NCBI GenBank assembly: GCA_050331735.1 | Contig: JBHJGN010000058.1 | Coordinates: 1-61,974, forward strand | From: Cyanophyceae cyanobacterium | GTDB lineage: Bacteria > Cyanobacteriota > Cyanobacteriia > Cyanobacteriales > JBHJGN01 | DNA: 61,974 bases | Reading direction: 5' to 3' | Part shown: piece by piece, positions 61,835 through 61,974 of the stretch | Numbering within the stretch: the stretch's first letter is position 1 | How the letters are laid out: each line of letters begins with the position of its first letter | Position numbers and translations under genes: made by a program | Notes under the pieces: generated by a model | Database searches by the model: none | The model's input: only the letters and a program-made list of their open reading frames with translations | Told to the model about the DNA's origin: nothing

Positions 61835-61974
61835 ATGAACTACCCCTGCTTACTTCGTTGAAGCAGGGGTTTCTAGCTTCGCAGGAAATTGCCTTGTCTT
61901 AGTCTTGCGACCGCGAGTTGGTCTGACATTTCCTCCACTAGCAGAGACGGGTGTTCCCTCCGTCTTTAGTAGTC
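61835..61974 (-). mobile_element. Right end of an IS200/IS605-family tnpB element (omega/reRNA region)
   Basis: The minus strand reads GAAACCCCTGCTT-CAACGAAGT-AAGCAGGGGTAGTTCAT, a subterminal hairpin plus TTCA(T) end typical of IS605 right ends. It is preceded by a TnpB-like tail. Confidence 0.8.
61850..61974 (-). CDS. tnpB: C-terminal tail of TnpB (RNA-guided nuclease), partial
   Basis: Hand translation gives ...LLKTEGTPVSASGGNVRPTRGRKTKTRQFPAKLETPASTK*, resembling cyanobacterial TnpB C-termini. The catalytic region lies outside the window. Confidence 0.7.
   Translation of the reverse strand, partial: LLKTEGTPVSASGGNVRPTRGRKTKTRQFPAKLETPASTK

Overview
This is a cyanobacterial chromosomal window: psaE, pedR and a pyk with a PEP-utiliser tail are present, and the HIP1 octamer GCGATCGC is frequent. 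Mobile elements bound both ends. At the left, an IS630-family element has inserted into and truncated a pentapeptide-repeat gene. At the right is the 3' end (right end/omega-RNA region) of an IS200/IS605 tnpB element. The left third is mostly housekeeping: radical SAM, UPF0182, mutM, psaE, pedR, pfkB, a K+ channel, a GT-C transferase, an M28 peptidase, GNAT, yebC, glk, DUF924 and GCS2, plus a small AT-rich patch of toxin-antitoxin relics. The centre is a ~34 kb surface-protein locus. Two DUF4347 proteins (1281 aa and 9686 aa) are transcribed divergently, with a small 82-aa gene and a terminator-like hairpin between them. The giant protein has a nested architecture: an apparent OmpA-like domain split by six beta-repeats, internal RTX nonamers, a side branch with five unnamed repeats and a beta/gamma-crystallin domain, and 348-bp terminal repeats that end abruptly. 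A family of intergenic (GGGGAAA)n/(TTTCCCC)n elements carries covarying 13-bp mini-hairpins, mostly with GNA loops. It recurs at five sites and supplies the C-termini of three genes. All family calls come from motif recognition by eye; no database searches were run.
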